64,000 bases of DNA, taken from NCBI RefSeq assembly GCF_009914755.1, contig NC_060935.1; one strand, written 5' to 3'. Made by a program: the position numbers and the translations under genes. Numbering within the stretch: position 1 is the first letter of the stretch; every line of letters begins with the position of its first letter. Source of the stretch: the human T2T-CHM13v2.0 reference genome, Homo sapiens. The notes under the pieces are model-generated. The model had not been told where the DNA came from and did not search any database. It worked only from the letters and a program-made list of their open reading frames with translations. Shown here in pieces: positions 46,421 through 58,254 of this stretch.

Positions 46421-47290
46421 CTACTCACTCAACATTACAGAAACGCCGTCATGGGCTCAATTCCTTCTAGGTAACATATTTTTCATTTTAGCTGAGGGTC
46501 GAACCCGAAAGTTTGTCTGTAAGTGGTATAACTTTTGGGCTGGGGGTGCCTTAATTGGACTGGGTGAAACTTTGCATCACTAATACTGGGATTCTCAGTA
46601 GCAGGCATCTTAGAAAGCAGAGAGCCTCCCCTCAGAAGCTATAATGATGCATTTTGAAGAAGAAGAGTGGAGGCAGATGGGAGAGAGAAGAAGGAAGGCA
46701 CAAGAAGCCTGAAGGCATAGAAAGGAGGTTCTTTTGGATTTGGAAACAAACCTAAAATTGACACAATTAACCGTGGCCCAGCCCCTACCAAGAAGGCAAT
46801 GCCTTCTGAGTTTTAGAGCAATTTAGGGCAAGGGCAAGGATACTAAATAGACTCCAACCCCTGCACCAACATTGCTTCCTGTTGGTAGCTGCTGAGACAG
46901 TTCTAGTAATAAGAAACATGAGGCTTTGCCCAGGCTTAGCTGGAAAAGTTAAAATAAATAAATAAATAAATGCCTCGGCCCATTATTATGATCTGCCACA
47001 AGTTTGGGAGCCACTCGCCTGCCCAGAATTTGCCGTTCCTCCTTAGGGGATGTCACAACCTGGACATAGTCTGCAGGAGGAGTTAACTGGTTCAGGTCCA
47101 GCCAGGGAGACTCAAAAGTCCCAACAGAACTCTGCTTCCGCCAACCTCACAAACAAAGGCAAAACGGCACTGACAATGAGAAAGGCTCTCATTTGAATTT
47201 CTTTGGTTTTAATTATTTTGAAAAGAGAGGCAGGCCACCAATGCCAAGACCCTTTAGGAATAACTAAAAACCAAAGAGATTCAGGCCAGC

Positions 47291-47325
47291 TGGAGGGGGC
47301 AGAGCGGGAAGTTCCAGCCAATTAG
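47291..47325 (+). promoter_or_regulatory. Candidate regulatory motif cluster (NF-kB GGGAAGTTCC + CCAAT)
   Basis: GGGAAGTTCC at 47306-47315 fits GGGRNNYYCC and CCAAT is at 47318, in unique sequence. Motif match only. Confidence 0.3.
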
Positions 47326-48639
47326 CCTTCCTTTGTGACATTGCGGCCCTTCATCCCACCCTCCGGAAGCCTTCATAACACTCATGTGTCAACAGGACCT
47401 TAGGGGAGGGGAAATAGCAGTGAGCCAAACCTCAAGAGTGAGGAGAAAAAAAGTAAAATCTGGAATTGCAGCTCCAAACTGGGCCCTTGAACGTTTAGCT
47501 GCTATCATTATTTTTTACAGAGCCTTCCCTGGGCTTTTCCTGACCACCGAGGACCAGGCCTCAGGGCTCCAGAGGCCTGGTCTTCCCTCTGCAGCCTTGC
47601 TATCGCCTTGCCAAACAGGCTCGTCCCACCCTCTCAAACTCTGCAGTCTTCCACCTCCAGCCTCCCCAAATGGATCAAGCTTTCCATGGCTAGGCTATTA
47701 AAGGGAAAGCAGTCCTACTGTTTCCTTTAATGAGCAGCTTTTACTAGGTGCCAAATGCCCTTTAAGGAGCCTAGAAACCCAAAGCAGTCTCCTGGGTTCC
47801 AGAAACCCCAGCCTAACCCAGAGTCAGTGGGAGGTAGAGACACAGACCCAGACTTCAGTCAAATTAGTCTCCAGGGAATCTGCTTAATCCGAGCTGTCGG
47901 GAGACGTGTGAGATGCTGGAGTTACCATTAACGCTGATCTTAGGCTCTGCTAGATCCTTGCAGGAATAGATCCAATCTCTCCAGGGCACTGGCTCCAGAG
48001 AAGGTAGTACAGGAAATCTCTAATGTCTTCTAAGGAAGGTGGAATCTGTTAAGCAGACACGCCTGTTGCTCTGTTGGGCACCTTGATGGATTCATGTGCA
48101 AAAAGGTGGGCATGAAGCAGAGTGTGAAATGAGAGAACACTGAATGATCCTACTTAATAGAATAAGGAAAAGTTAGAGTTTGAATAACCATCCAGGACAG
48201 AAGGGGAAGGTGGCCAGGAGAGGAGATGGCCTGAGGCTAGGGCCAAGCAACCAATACAAAGTCCTGGGGATAGGGGCACCTGAGGTTCAACTTACAGTTC
48301 TTTGTTTTTGGGCAATATAAACTGTTCTTCTATCCCCTAACCACATCTCAACATTTCAGTAAAATCTAATAAATACATACATGGCTTTGTGTGAGTATGG
48401 CCTTGTGCAAACCCAAAAAAGGCCTGAGTTTCACTTCTAGGTCAATATGGAAAAGAGATAGTTGTATGTGTTGCTAAACTCAGGTTGCAGCGGTTAGGGA
48501 CCATGATGATACTGGGTTCAACCCCTAAGAATTGACTAAATCTTCTAGTGCTTTCTCCCTTTTATTCTAAGTGGAAAGTGAATTGAATTGATCATTTACC
48601 TTCTACCTTTTTCAATTTTGTTCCATGTTTAAGACATAT

Positions 48640-48880
48640 TAGGGCACTATGGAAAAGTGGTAATGAATATAAACTTAGGATTTCAACAAATATGGGTCTG
48701 CGTTCCAGGTCTGCTTTAATGGCTATGTGATTCTAAGCCTCAGTTTCCTAATCTATTAAGTAGGAACCAATGACATATTCCATTTAATGATCATTCCTTA
48801 TAAAGGATCAATGAGACAATCTATGTGAAATGTTTGCTGTGGTAACTGACACAAAGTAACACGCAATAAATGGTGGTTGC
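48640..48880 (+). mobile_element. MIR
   Basis: CTAAGCCTCAGTTTCCTAATCTATTAAG...CAATAAATGG. Confidence 0.7.
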
Positions 48881-49193
48881 TCTCATCCACCTGTTAGTGA
48901 TGATGCTGATAATGATGACAGGCACACTGACAAGGACAGTTCCTGATTGTAGCGCTCCTGTCATTGGGGAGAGGGAAAAAAAGGATGGCTTAAAAAAATT
49001 TTAAGATAAAAGGAAACAAATTTGGGAAATCTATTCTACTGCTCTGTATTGGTCTACAAGTGAGCACAATATAAGCTTTACTGTGCTTGTCTTGAGATGC
49101 AAAGATTGTTTCTTATCACAATTACCCTATGTGTGCTAACATGGGCACCACTACACACTGGCCAGGTTTGGCGGGGATATGAAAAGAAAAGAG

Positions 49194-49565
49194 GGCTGGG
49201 CGTGGTGGCTCACACCTGTAATCGCAACACTTTGGGATACCTAGGCGGGCAGATCACTTGAGCCTAGGAGTTTGAGACCAGCCAGGGCAGCATGGTGAAA
49301 CCTTGTCTCTACAAAAGATACAGAAAGTTAGCTAGGTTTGGTAGTGTACGCCTGCAGTCCCAGCTACTCGGAGGCTGAGGTGGGAGGATCACCTAAGCCC
49401 GCGAAGTCTGGGCTACAGTGAGCCATGATTGCGCCACCACACTCCAGCCTGGGCAACAGAGTGAGATCCTGTTAAAAAAAAAAAAAAAAAGGAAAAGGAA
49501 AAGAAGAAGAAAAAGGAAAAGAAAAAGGGAAAGGGAAGGGGAAAGGAAAAGGAAAGGAAAGGAAG
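49194..49565 (+). mobile_element. AluJ with an A/GGAAA-rich tail
   Basis: GATCACTTGAGCCTAGGAG and GGCTACAGTGAGCCATGAT. Confidence 0.92.
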
Positions 49566-49989
49566 TTGGTGAATTGGATATGTTTTATACAGAGTCAAGT
49601 GAATGATGACCTCTGTCCAAAACCTCATAAAATCAAATGTGTTAGGCTTGGTTTTTCTCCCATGCCACCAAATCTTTCCTCTATTTTTTTTCAAGTGAAT
49701 TATTTTTCTTCCTGGGAGAATCTTCATGTAATCTCCCAGGAAGAAAAATAACATATGTATATTCATAATACATATGAATATATATAAAAGTAATATATAT
49801 TCATTTACTCAATTTGAATGTAATTAATTACCAGTTTCTACCCTCAGTGTGCCTTCTTGTAGAGAAACATTGTTCCTAACAGCTCTGGCCAATCTCCTTT
49901 CTAACACAGCTGCTTTACACTTCCTCCTTCTGGTCCAGCTGCCTTAGGGGAGACTGTTCGACAGAACTTGGCATGCACAGATTCCCAAG

Positions 49990-50210
49990 TTATCTTTGTC
50001 TGGGGCCCATCATTTTGTTTTCAGTCTGAAAAATAATGCCTCCTTCATGCTGTAGAAGCCAAGAAGAATTTATTTCCTTCCAAAGAGGTTTCAGGAGATC
50101 CTGTATCACTGACTTAGACAAATCAAGCTTGATTACATGCATTGTCTCCTTGTCTTCCCTCAAACAACACAAAACCTTCTAAAGGAAGGTTTAATGTGAA
50201 ACTGAGACTT
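49990..50210 (-). mobile_element. Possible CR1/L3 RT relic
   Basis: Translation HVIKLDLSKS resembles the CR1 DVIYLDFSKAFD motif. Confidence 0.35.
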
Positions 50211-50997
50211 TCCAGTTTCACTTTTTCCATTCTACCTTCAGTACAAAAGCCCTACCTTGGAAAATGAGAGTGATAATTATTTGGTTAATCACAGGATTTC
50301 AGACTTTTCCAGTGAGCAATAGGGAAGGTGAAAATCGTCCTTTTCTAGAATCAATGTTTGAGGACACAAAAGCATACTAAAAGGGAAAGTCCCCTGAGGC
50401 CAAAGAAAAAATCAGTTGGCTTAAAAAATAAATAAAAATATAAGTGACAAGCTCTTTTTGAGGGGGGAAAGAGCCATTTTTCATGGCATGATTGGCATGA
50501 CATTGATCAATGTTCTTTTTACTGTCCAAAGTCATTTTGAGGAGATTGGTTTCTCTCAAAACAAATCTATTCCGTACTCCATCATCACTAGAGTATTTCA
50601 GTAGTTTTTTTGCTAGCTATTAATCTTACCATTTGTTCTCTGCCCCTTAACTAGAGGAGAAATCTCATTTAATACAATGAGGTAAAAAATAACTTTCAAA
50701 TCAGACTTGGTTTTTGAATCACAACTCTATCATCTAAATTTTATTATGTCTTAGTTTCCCCATATATAAAATAAGAAAATGCCTACATTATAGTTTTAAG
50801 GATTAAATAAGAAACTGAATTTATAATAGTAGCTAACACTTATTGCATGCAAAGTACCTTATATATGTTAATTAATCCTCCAACAATCAATCCCATATGG
50901 TATACACTATTATCAACTTCGTTTTGCAGATGAGACTACAGAGGCACAAAACAGTTAAGTAACTTGCTCAAGGTCACTCACTGCAACAGTCAGGGAG

Positions 50998-51403
50998 TAC
51001 AATGGACTGAAAGTTTATGTTCCTCCAAAATTTATATATCAAAATCCTAACTTCCAAGGCAATGGTATTAGGAAGTGGGTCCCTTGGGAGGTGATTAGGT
51101 CATGTGGATGAAGCCCTCATGAATGGAACTAGTACCCTTATAAAAGAAACCAAAGCAAGACCACTTGCCCCCTCTACTGTGTGAGGACACAGTGAGAAGG
51201 TGCTCTCTAAGAAGTAGCAGGCTCTCACGAGACACAAATCTGCCAGCACCTTGATCTTAGACTTTCCAGCCTCCATACCTGTAAGAAATACATTTCTGGT
51301 TTTTTTTTTACAAGCCACCCAGTTTAAGGTATATTTATTTTAGCACTTTGAACAGACTCCATTTAAGGTATACATGTTTTAGCACTGTGAACAGACTAAG
51401 ACA
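50998..51403 (+). mobile_element. MLT1A0/MSTD-like solo LTR
   Basis: ATGGACTGAAAGTTTATGTTCCTCCAAAATT...ACAGACTAAGACA; TSD GGGAG. Confidence 0.85.
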
Positions 51404-51451
51404 GGGAGGCAGACATGTTCAAAGGGGGAACTGAGAATGTTTAATAGTGAC

Positions 51452-51826
51452 TGACATGGATTGGCTCCCTGTCCCCACCCAAATCTCATCTTGAACTATA
51501 ATCCCCATAATCCCCATGTGTCGAGGGAGGGACCTGATGGGAGGTGATTGGATCATGGGAGCAGCTTCCCCCATGCTGTTCTCCTGATAGTGAGTGAGTT
51601 CTCATGAGATCTGATGGTTTTATAAGGGTTTGACAGTTCCTCCTTCACATGCGCTCCCTCTGCTGCCACCCGTGAAGAAGGTGCTTGCTTCCTCTTCCAC
51701 CATGATTGTAAGTTTCCTGAGGCCTCCCCAGCCATGCAGAACTGTGAGTCAATTAAATCTCCTTTTCTTATAAATTACCCAGTCTCAGGTAGAATCTTTA
51801 TAGCAGTATGAAGACCGACTAATATC
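51452..51826 (+). mobile_element. THE1D/MSTA-like solo LTR
   Basis: TGACATGGATTGGCT..GTCCCCACCCAAATCTCATCTTGAA...GACTAAT. Confidence 0.88.
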
Positions 51827-52181
51827 ATGGCAGATCCAGGGACTACCCAATAGAGTCATTCTCACCTCTCAGCCAGAAGGGACAAAAAGAGAGACCAGTA
51901 TAGCTGAAACCATGTACACATGTGAGAGATGGTCATAGAGAAACCCAGCCACTGCCAAAACCACAGCTTGGCAAGAAAGAAGAAAGGGGATTAATATCCT
52001 GACCTCTCTTTTCTCTCTGCCTCTAATCTTCTGTCAGTACTTCTCATAGATCAAACTCAACTGGAAGTCATAGGTCAAGGGATCCCAGGTGACATTGGAC
52101 ATAGAGATCAGCATCCCAGGGCACAGAATAGGGCCCAGAATGGACAAGGACTTACAAGTGAAGAAAAACTAAAACACAGCA
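51827..52181 (-). mobile_element. LTR33-like ERVL LTR (host of the two MaLR LTRs)
   Basis: Similar to the 32195-32676 element (AAGGGACAAA; CAACTGGAAGTCA...). Confidence 0.5.
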
Positions 52182-52397
52182 GAGGTAGGATTCAAATCCA
52201 TATTATTAACCACTCACCCCATTGCCTTTTGAGAGTAAACCAGTTAGCTTCTCTCCTCCATATCTGCAAAGCCCTTGTTGCCTCAGTTCCATGTCCATCT
52301 TGAGAGCAGACAGCACTTTCACTTAAAGGCATGACTTTCACCCGGAGGATTCACTAAACAAGGAGCACAAATGGTTTTCTTAAAAGAGTCCCCATTA

Positions 52398-52842
52398 GGC
52401 CAGGTGCAGTGGCTCAGGCCTGTAATCCCAGCACTTTGGGAGGCAGAGGTGGGCAGATCACCTGAGGTTGGGGAGTTCGAGACCGGCCTGACCAACATGA
52501 AGAAACCCCGTCTCTACTAAAAATACAAAATTAGCTGTGAGTGGTGGCACATGCCTGTAATCCCAGCTACTTGGGAGGCTGAGGCAGGAGAATCGCTTGA
52601 ACCCGGGAGGCGGAGGTTGCCTGTCAGTACTTATAGATCAAACTCAACTGGAAGTCATAGGTCAAAGGATCCCAGGTGACATTGGACATAGAAGTCAACA
52701 TCCCAGGGCACAGAATAGGGCCCAGAGTGGACCAGGACTTGAAAGTGGAGAAAAACTAAAACACAGCAGAGATCATTGCACTCCAGCCTGGGCAACAAGA
52801 GTGAAACTCCTTCTCAAAAAAAAAAACAAAAAACAAAAAAAC
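52398..52842 (+). mobile_element. AluSp carrying a 151-bp non-Alu insertion
   Basis: CCTGACCAACATGAAGAAACCCC and GGGCAACAAGAGTG diagnostics; TSD AAGAGTCCCC(A/T)TT; insertion at 52621-52771. Confidence 0.93.
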
Positions 52843-53408
52843 AAGAGTCCCCTTTGGACAAGTCTTATTGCCAAGTCGCTTCTCCTGGTTCTAGCCATGT
52901 GATGCCAGTTCTTTCCTCGCCCTTCATGTATGGCAGGCTAGTATCCTCTATCAGCTCCTTTTGCCCCACTTTCTACTACAAAGAACCCTCCTCATTTTAA
53001 ACCTGCCCTGCCCAAGCCCCAGAGGTTTCCTTCTATACCTCAGTGGGTTGAAGAAACTAACTTTTCAGCAAAAAAAATGTCTCTCCACAAAGAATTCTCT
53101 CATCATCTACTAAGAAAACATTTTTTCTTTATCAATGCATATGTATGCATAGGGATTTGCATAATGCTTGCACAAAAGAGGACTCATTAAATGGAAATTA
53201 TTATTATTGCTATTAGCATTATTATTGTCACTTTGCCTAAGTGAGTTTTAACAGAAAGCTTACAGTGACTGTAGAGAATGACAGAAATGCAGAAGGGCCA
53301 GGTTCTAGGCAAGACAGACAATGCTTCTGTGAAAATACTCTGAAATACTTCCCAGGAGATGCACAGCTACCTCTGACACCATAATGCATTTCTCTTCAAC
53401 CTCCTTAC

Positions 53409-53517
53409 CGAGGGTTTTGACAGCATTCTTTGGATTGCTGTTCTCCAGAATCACTCTCCTAGGCAACTTCATCAACAAGGAAATATTTTTTGACAAGTTA
53501 CAGATGTTCTTCTTTTC
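53409..53517 (-). ncRNA. Candidate 109-nt internal exon of an unknown (probably non-coding) minus-strand transcript
   Basis: Minus strand: GTGTTTCTCAG|GAAAAG ... ACCCTCG|GTAAGG. Splice-signal evidence only. Confidence 0.25.
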
Positions 53518-53879
53518 CTGAGAAACACCCTAACACATACTGTTTTTCAAAATGTTGAGTTTCTTGCCATGAAAATTGTATTCCTGGCCTTGGGTTAGCA
53601 TGATATAAGAAACTTGAATAACCATGACCAATGCAGGGATAATCTTTTGTTTTTTGACTTTTAAACAGACATTTTTGACATTGCCCATAAGTCTTCTACC
53701 CTTTCAGACATTTGTCTAAACCAAAATGAATTTTTCTGTCCTAATATATAGCAAGTTCAAGCTTGTTCCCATTACTTCACCTTCCTTTACCTCTACAATC
53801 TATCAAATATATTACACAGAAGACATCTAAGGCTACAGAGACTTGTTTGTGGGTTCTTGAATCTTTTTTCAATTAATTC

Positions 53880-54010
53880 ATTTATTTTTACTGTATATAT
53901 TTAAGGTATACATGATGTTTTGATATTCATATACATAGTGCAATGATTAGAGTCAAGCAAATTAACATATCTATCACCTTTCATAGTTACCTTATGTTTC
54001 CTTGTGGTTT
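53880..54010 (-). mobile_element. L1MA-type 3' end fragment
   Basis: TGTATATATTTAAGGTATACATGATGTTTTGATA...AATTAACATATCTATCACC. Confidence 0.7.
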
Positions 54011-54121
54011 TTACTCTTCATTCATCAGTTTCCTTACTGTAAATGTTAAGTTTTGATGCTCACAAAATGGGTAATTGTGTAAGTATGAATGAGAACAGGG
54101 CTATGGAATGAAGACAACATC

Positions 54122-54481
54122 TGATATGGTTTGGCTGTATCCCCATCCAGATCTCATCTTGAATTTCCAAGAGTTGTGGGAGGGACTCAGTGGGAGGTAA
54201 TTGAATCATGGGGGCAAAAGTTTCCCATGCTGTTCTCATGATAGGAATAAGTCTCAGGAGATCTGATGGTTTTAAAAAGAGGAGAAGTTCCCCTGCACAA
54301 GCTCTCCCTCTTTGCCTGCTGCCATCCATGTAAGACATGACTTGCTCTTCTTTGCTTTCTGCCATGATTGGGAGGCTTCCCCAGTCACGTGGAACTGTAA
54401 GTCCATATTAAACCTCTTTCTTTTGTAAATTGCCCATTCTCAGGCATCTCCTTATCAGCAGCGTGAAAATGGACCAATACA
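54122..54481 (+). mobile_element. THE1B/C solo LTR
   Basis: TGATATGGTTTGGCTGT...GGACCAATACA with a 5-bp TSD, ACATC. Confidence 0.92.
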
Positions 54482-54586
54482 ACATCATAGAGGCAAGTAA
54501 TTATGAAATTAGTGGCCTGCCCTCACTATGGAAATATAGATATTTCTATTCCAGTGCAAATTTTCACTAATTTGGATGTAATCTGA

Positions 54587-54958
54587 TGTATCAGTCCATT
54601 CTTGCATTGCTATAAAAAACTACCTGAGGCTGGGTAATCAATAAAGAAAAGAGGTTTAATTGACTCACATTTCTGCAGGCTGTACAGGAAACATGGCTGG
54701 GGAAGTCTCAGGAATCTTACAACCATGGCAGAGGGGAAAGAGGAAAGAGGTACATATTACATGGCTGGAGCAGGAGAAAGAGAGAGAAGTAGGAGGCACT
54801 ACACACTTTTAAACAAACACATCTCATGAGAACTCCTCACTGTCACAAGAAAAGCAATGGGGAAATCTGCCCCTACCTGCCACCAGACCCCTCCTCCAAC
54901 ACTGGGTATTACAATTTGACATGGGATTTATGCAGGGACATAAATCCAAACCATATTA
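54587..54958 (-). mobile_element. MST solo LTR
   Basis: TGTATCAGTCCATTCTTGCATTGCTATAAA...CAAACCATATTA. Confidence 0.85.
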
Positions 54959-55109
54959 CCTGGGCATCTGTCCAGTCCTCACCATCTTCCTCTGCCATCC
55001 AACTTCAACCTCCCATCATCTCGCATGCCACCAGCTTATCTATATTGGATACCTCTTGCATGTAACTGTCCTTCACTGAGTCTCAGCTGCTTCACAGAAC
55101 TCCTGCTTC

Positions 55110-55460
55110 TGTAACTGCTATTTGAAGTGTGGGATGCCTATGGGGATTGCTCAGTCATTCTGCTTCAGTCTGCCTCATCCCTCAGTTCAAGAGAGTTATC
55201 CCCATGGGCAGCCTGGACCAATGTGGGGCAGGAGCTGAGCACATCAGAGCTGTATCCCCACCCGACCTCTTAAAGGATCTCTAGTGGCTCAGAGCCCTAC
55301 AGAGTTTATCAGCATCTTCCACCCCACCAGATTGACTTTGCGTCCTTTCTTGTCTAACACTTCCCTTTCCGCCACTTCTATTCCTTCAATAACTTCCTAA
55401 AATAAATGGCTACACACAAGCTCTTGTCTCAAGCTTGGTTTTGTAGAGCAACTCAAGCTA
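55110..55460 (+). mobile_element. LTR16-like ERVL LTR inside an L2
   Basis: GGGCAGCCTGGACCAATG...AAATAAAT..CTACACACAAGCTCTTGTCTCAAGC. Confidence 0.5.
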
Positions 55461-55878
55461 CAATAGCCTCCTAATTTTTCCCAGCTATCCCTTTTAATCT
55501 TCTAGAGTCTGTTCTACAGCAGCCAGAGTAGGTTTTCTAGAATATAAATCATACTATGCCATTCTCCTGATCAAAAACTTCTAATTGTTTCCATCACACA
55601 CAGAATAAAATCCAAAGTACTTTCAATGACTCCTGAGGCTCACCATGATCTGGCTACTGGCCATTCTCTGATCCTATCATGGTTTGCTCCATACCACTTA
55701 CCATCAGGTGACATGATATTGTATGTTTGTTTATCTGTTTATGGACTATCTCCTCTACTGAAATGGAAGCTCTGTGACAGCAGAAACTTGTCTATCTTAT
55801 TTACTAGTATATCCCCATTGCCTAGCTCAATGCCTATCACTAGGTAGGCATCAAAAAATATTTGTCAAATAAATGATG
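55461..55878 (+). mobile_element. L2 3' end
   Basis: CAGCAGCCAGAGT...AGAATAAAATCCAAA...GGAAGCTCTGTGACAGCAG...AAATATTTGTCAAATAAATGA. Confidence 0.8.
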
Positions 55879-57329
55879 GGACATGTGATTTTCATTATGC
55901 ACATGGTTATAATGCTATAACTAACATATCAGACAAAGGGGAAAAAACTTGCTCTCAGCTTTTTTGAGTGGCTTTGTGATATGTTTATCCAACAATGGGT
56001 GATAAATGTGATAAAAACGACTAAAAAGCTTTGTGCCAATGATAGTCTTGGGAGGATAGGGAAAAAAAGGCCATTCCTCCTCATCAAAAGCAAGATGTAA
56101 TCAAGGCTGGATTTGCCCAGGGATATTTAGCTTTATATCTATAGACTTAAAGCTATGAAAACACCAGTATTATTGAAATGCCTGCAGGCAAAATTATTAT
56201 TGTGATTTGAAATGGCCCAGCCTCAAATCCCCTATTTACTCTTTGAAATAATTATTTTTAAAGTGATTTATATAAAAAGACTTCTCAGGAATGCAAGTAT
56301 AACACTATAGCACAGATTATACTCCTGCCTCAATGAATGAGAGAAAATCTGAATCTAATCTACAAGAAAATTTTTCTTGATATACAAAGGAGAGTATTAA
56401 AAAGAGTAAATTATGGCAAAGCCTCAGAAATCATAACCCTAATCTTAAAAGGAGATAGAGGCCCAAGGAAAATATCCCCTGTTGAGATCACAGTTACTCA
56501 ATTTAAGAGTATGCGACAATTCCAGTGTGCCATCAGGCATATGTTTGGCAGCCACTAGGGAGACCAGACCATCCCTTGGTACAGCCCCAGATCTGTCACT
56601 AACTAACTATATGACCCTGAATGATTCGCTTAAACTTTATGTTAAATTCCCTTGAGGGCAAGGACTGTCTTGTTCACAGTATATCCCTAGCATCTACCAC
56701 AGTGCCTGGCACAAAGACAGTGCCCAATCAATAGGTGCTGAATGAGTGGGTTTGCAGAACTAGGTGAGGCATAATTTGAACTTATAAAAGGCTGTGTAAG
56801 TTTTAGCAAGAATCAGTAGGAATTGCATCTTTATTCTTTCTATGATATCCATTTGTATTTTTGCTAGCATCTAATTTGCATTCCTTGGGCTAAGTTAGCT
56901 TTTAACTTCCATGGCCAACATGACTCTCATTAGGATATTTTGATTACTAGTTCATATTAGAAAAGAATCCCATCCCATCAACAAGGATTGTTGTGTGAGT
57001 AGACAGAAACTTCTATGTATACGTTGGATGTTATGATGTGATTTTGGACTGGAATTCTCTCTGAAACTGAAGATATTTTCATGGCTCTTCATAGAAAAGG
57101 CATTGGATGCTGAATCCAAAGACCTAAACAAGTGATTTCGGATAAGTTACTTACTCTCTCTGAGCCTCAGTATTTACATTTTTAAAGCAAAGGCATTTGA
57201 AGAGATGAATGATCTTTTCCCAGGATAAATAAGAGCTGTGACTATTCTGAACACCAATATATTTTTGGTGATACATCATGGGATGCTTCCATTTGGTCTG
57301 TCCATGAGTGCTGGAGGAAGGGAGAAAAG

Positions 57330-57810
57330 AGGTTATGTAGCCATTGTATATCGTGACATAAAAAAAAACACCCCAAAATGTAATGTCTTAAAATAACAAT
57401 GTATTGTTATATTCCACAAGTCTGTGGTTGCCTGGGATTATCTGGGTGGTCCATCTGTTTCATATGGTATAGCTGAAGTCACTCAGGTACTGCATTCAAC
57501 TCTGAGTTCAGCTCAAGTAGGAATGTCCAAGTTGGTTCTTATCCTTCAGGCTCTTTTCGCATGGTCTCTCATCATTTAGTGGCCTGTCCCAAGCATATTT
57601 ACAGCATGAAGCCTGGAGTCCAAGAGGAAGCTTTCCAAGAGGACATGCTCCCATGTGCAAGAGTTTATCAAGTCTCTGCTTGCATCACAATTATTAATAT
57701 TCCATTGGCCAATGCAAGTAACTTGGTCAAGCCTACAATCAAAGTATGAAGATGAGGACTATGCAAAGGTATGAATACCAGGAGGTGTGGTTCATTATAA
57801 GAGCAAGAAA
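57330..57810 (-). mobile_element. Old MLT1 LTR
   Basis: CACCCCAAAATGTAATGTCTTAAAATAACAA...CCATTGGCCAATGCAAGT. Confidence 0.6.
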
Positions 57811-57862
57811 TGCAAAATGAAGACAGGACTTTGAAGATTAAGATGTTTCTGCATAACCTGGT

Positions 57863-58254
57863 TGTATTAGTCCATTCTCCCACTACTATAAACAAATACC
57901 TGAGACTGGCTAATCTATAAAGAAAAGAGGTTTAATTGGCCCACAGTTCCACAGGCTGTACAGAAAGCATGGCTGGGGAGGCCTTAGGAGACTTTCAATC
58001 ATGGCAGAAGGCAAACAGGGGAGCAGGGACATCTTACATGGCCAGAACAGGAGGAAGGCTGGCAGGGAAATGTTACACACTTTTAAACAACCAGATCTCA
58101 TACGAACTCTATCACGAGAACAGCTCTACAGGTATGGTGCTAAACCATTGGAAACCACCCCCATGATCCAATCACCTACCACCAGGCCCTACCTCCAGCA
58201 CTGGGATTACAATCTGACATGCGATTTGGGTGAGGACACAGATCCAAGCCATCA
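57863..58254 (-). mobile_element. MSTA/B solo LTR
   Basis: TGTATTAGTCCATTCTC...; TSD CTGGT. Confidence 0.9.

Noticed and set aside
47284-47303. CTCF-like AGGGGGCAG
   Set aside because: The 5' half (GCTGG) does not match the CCASY core.
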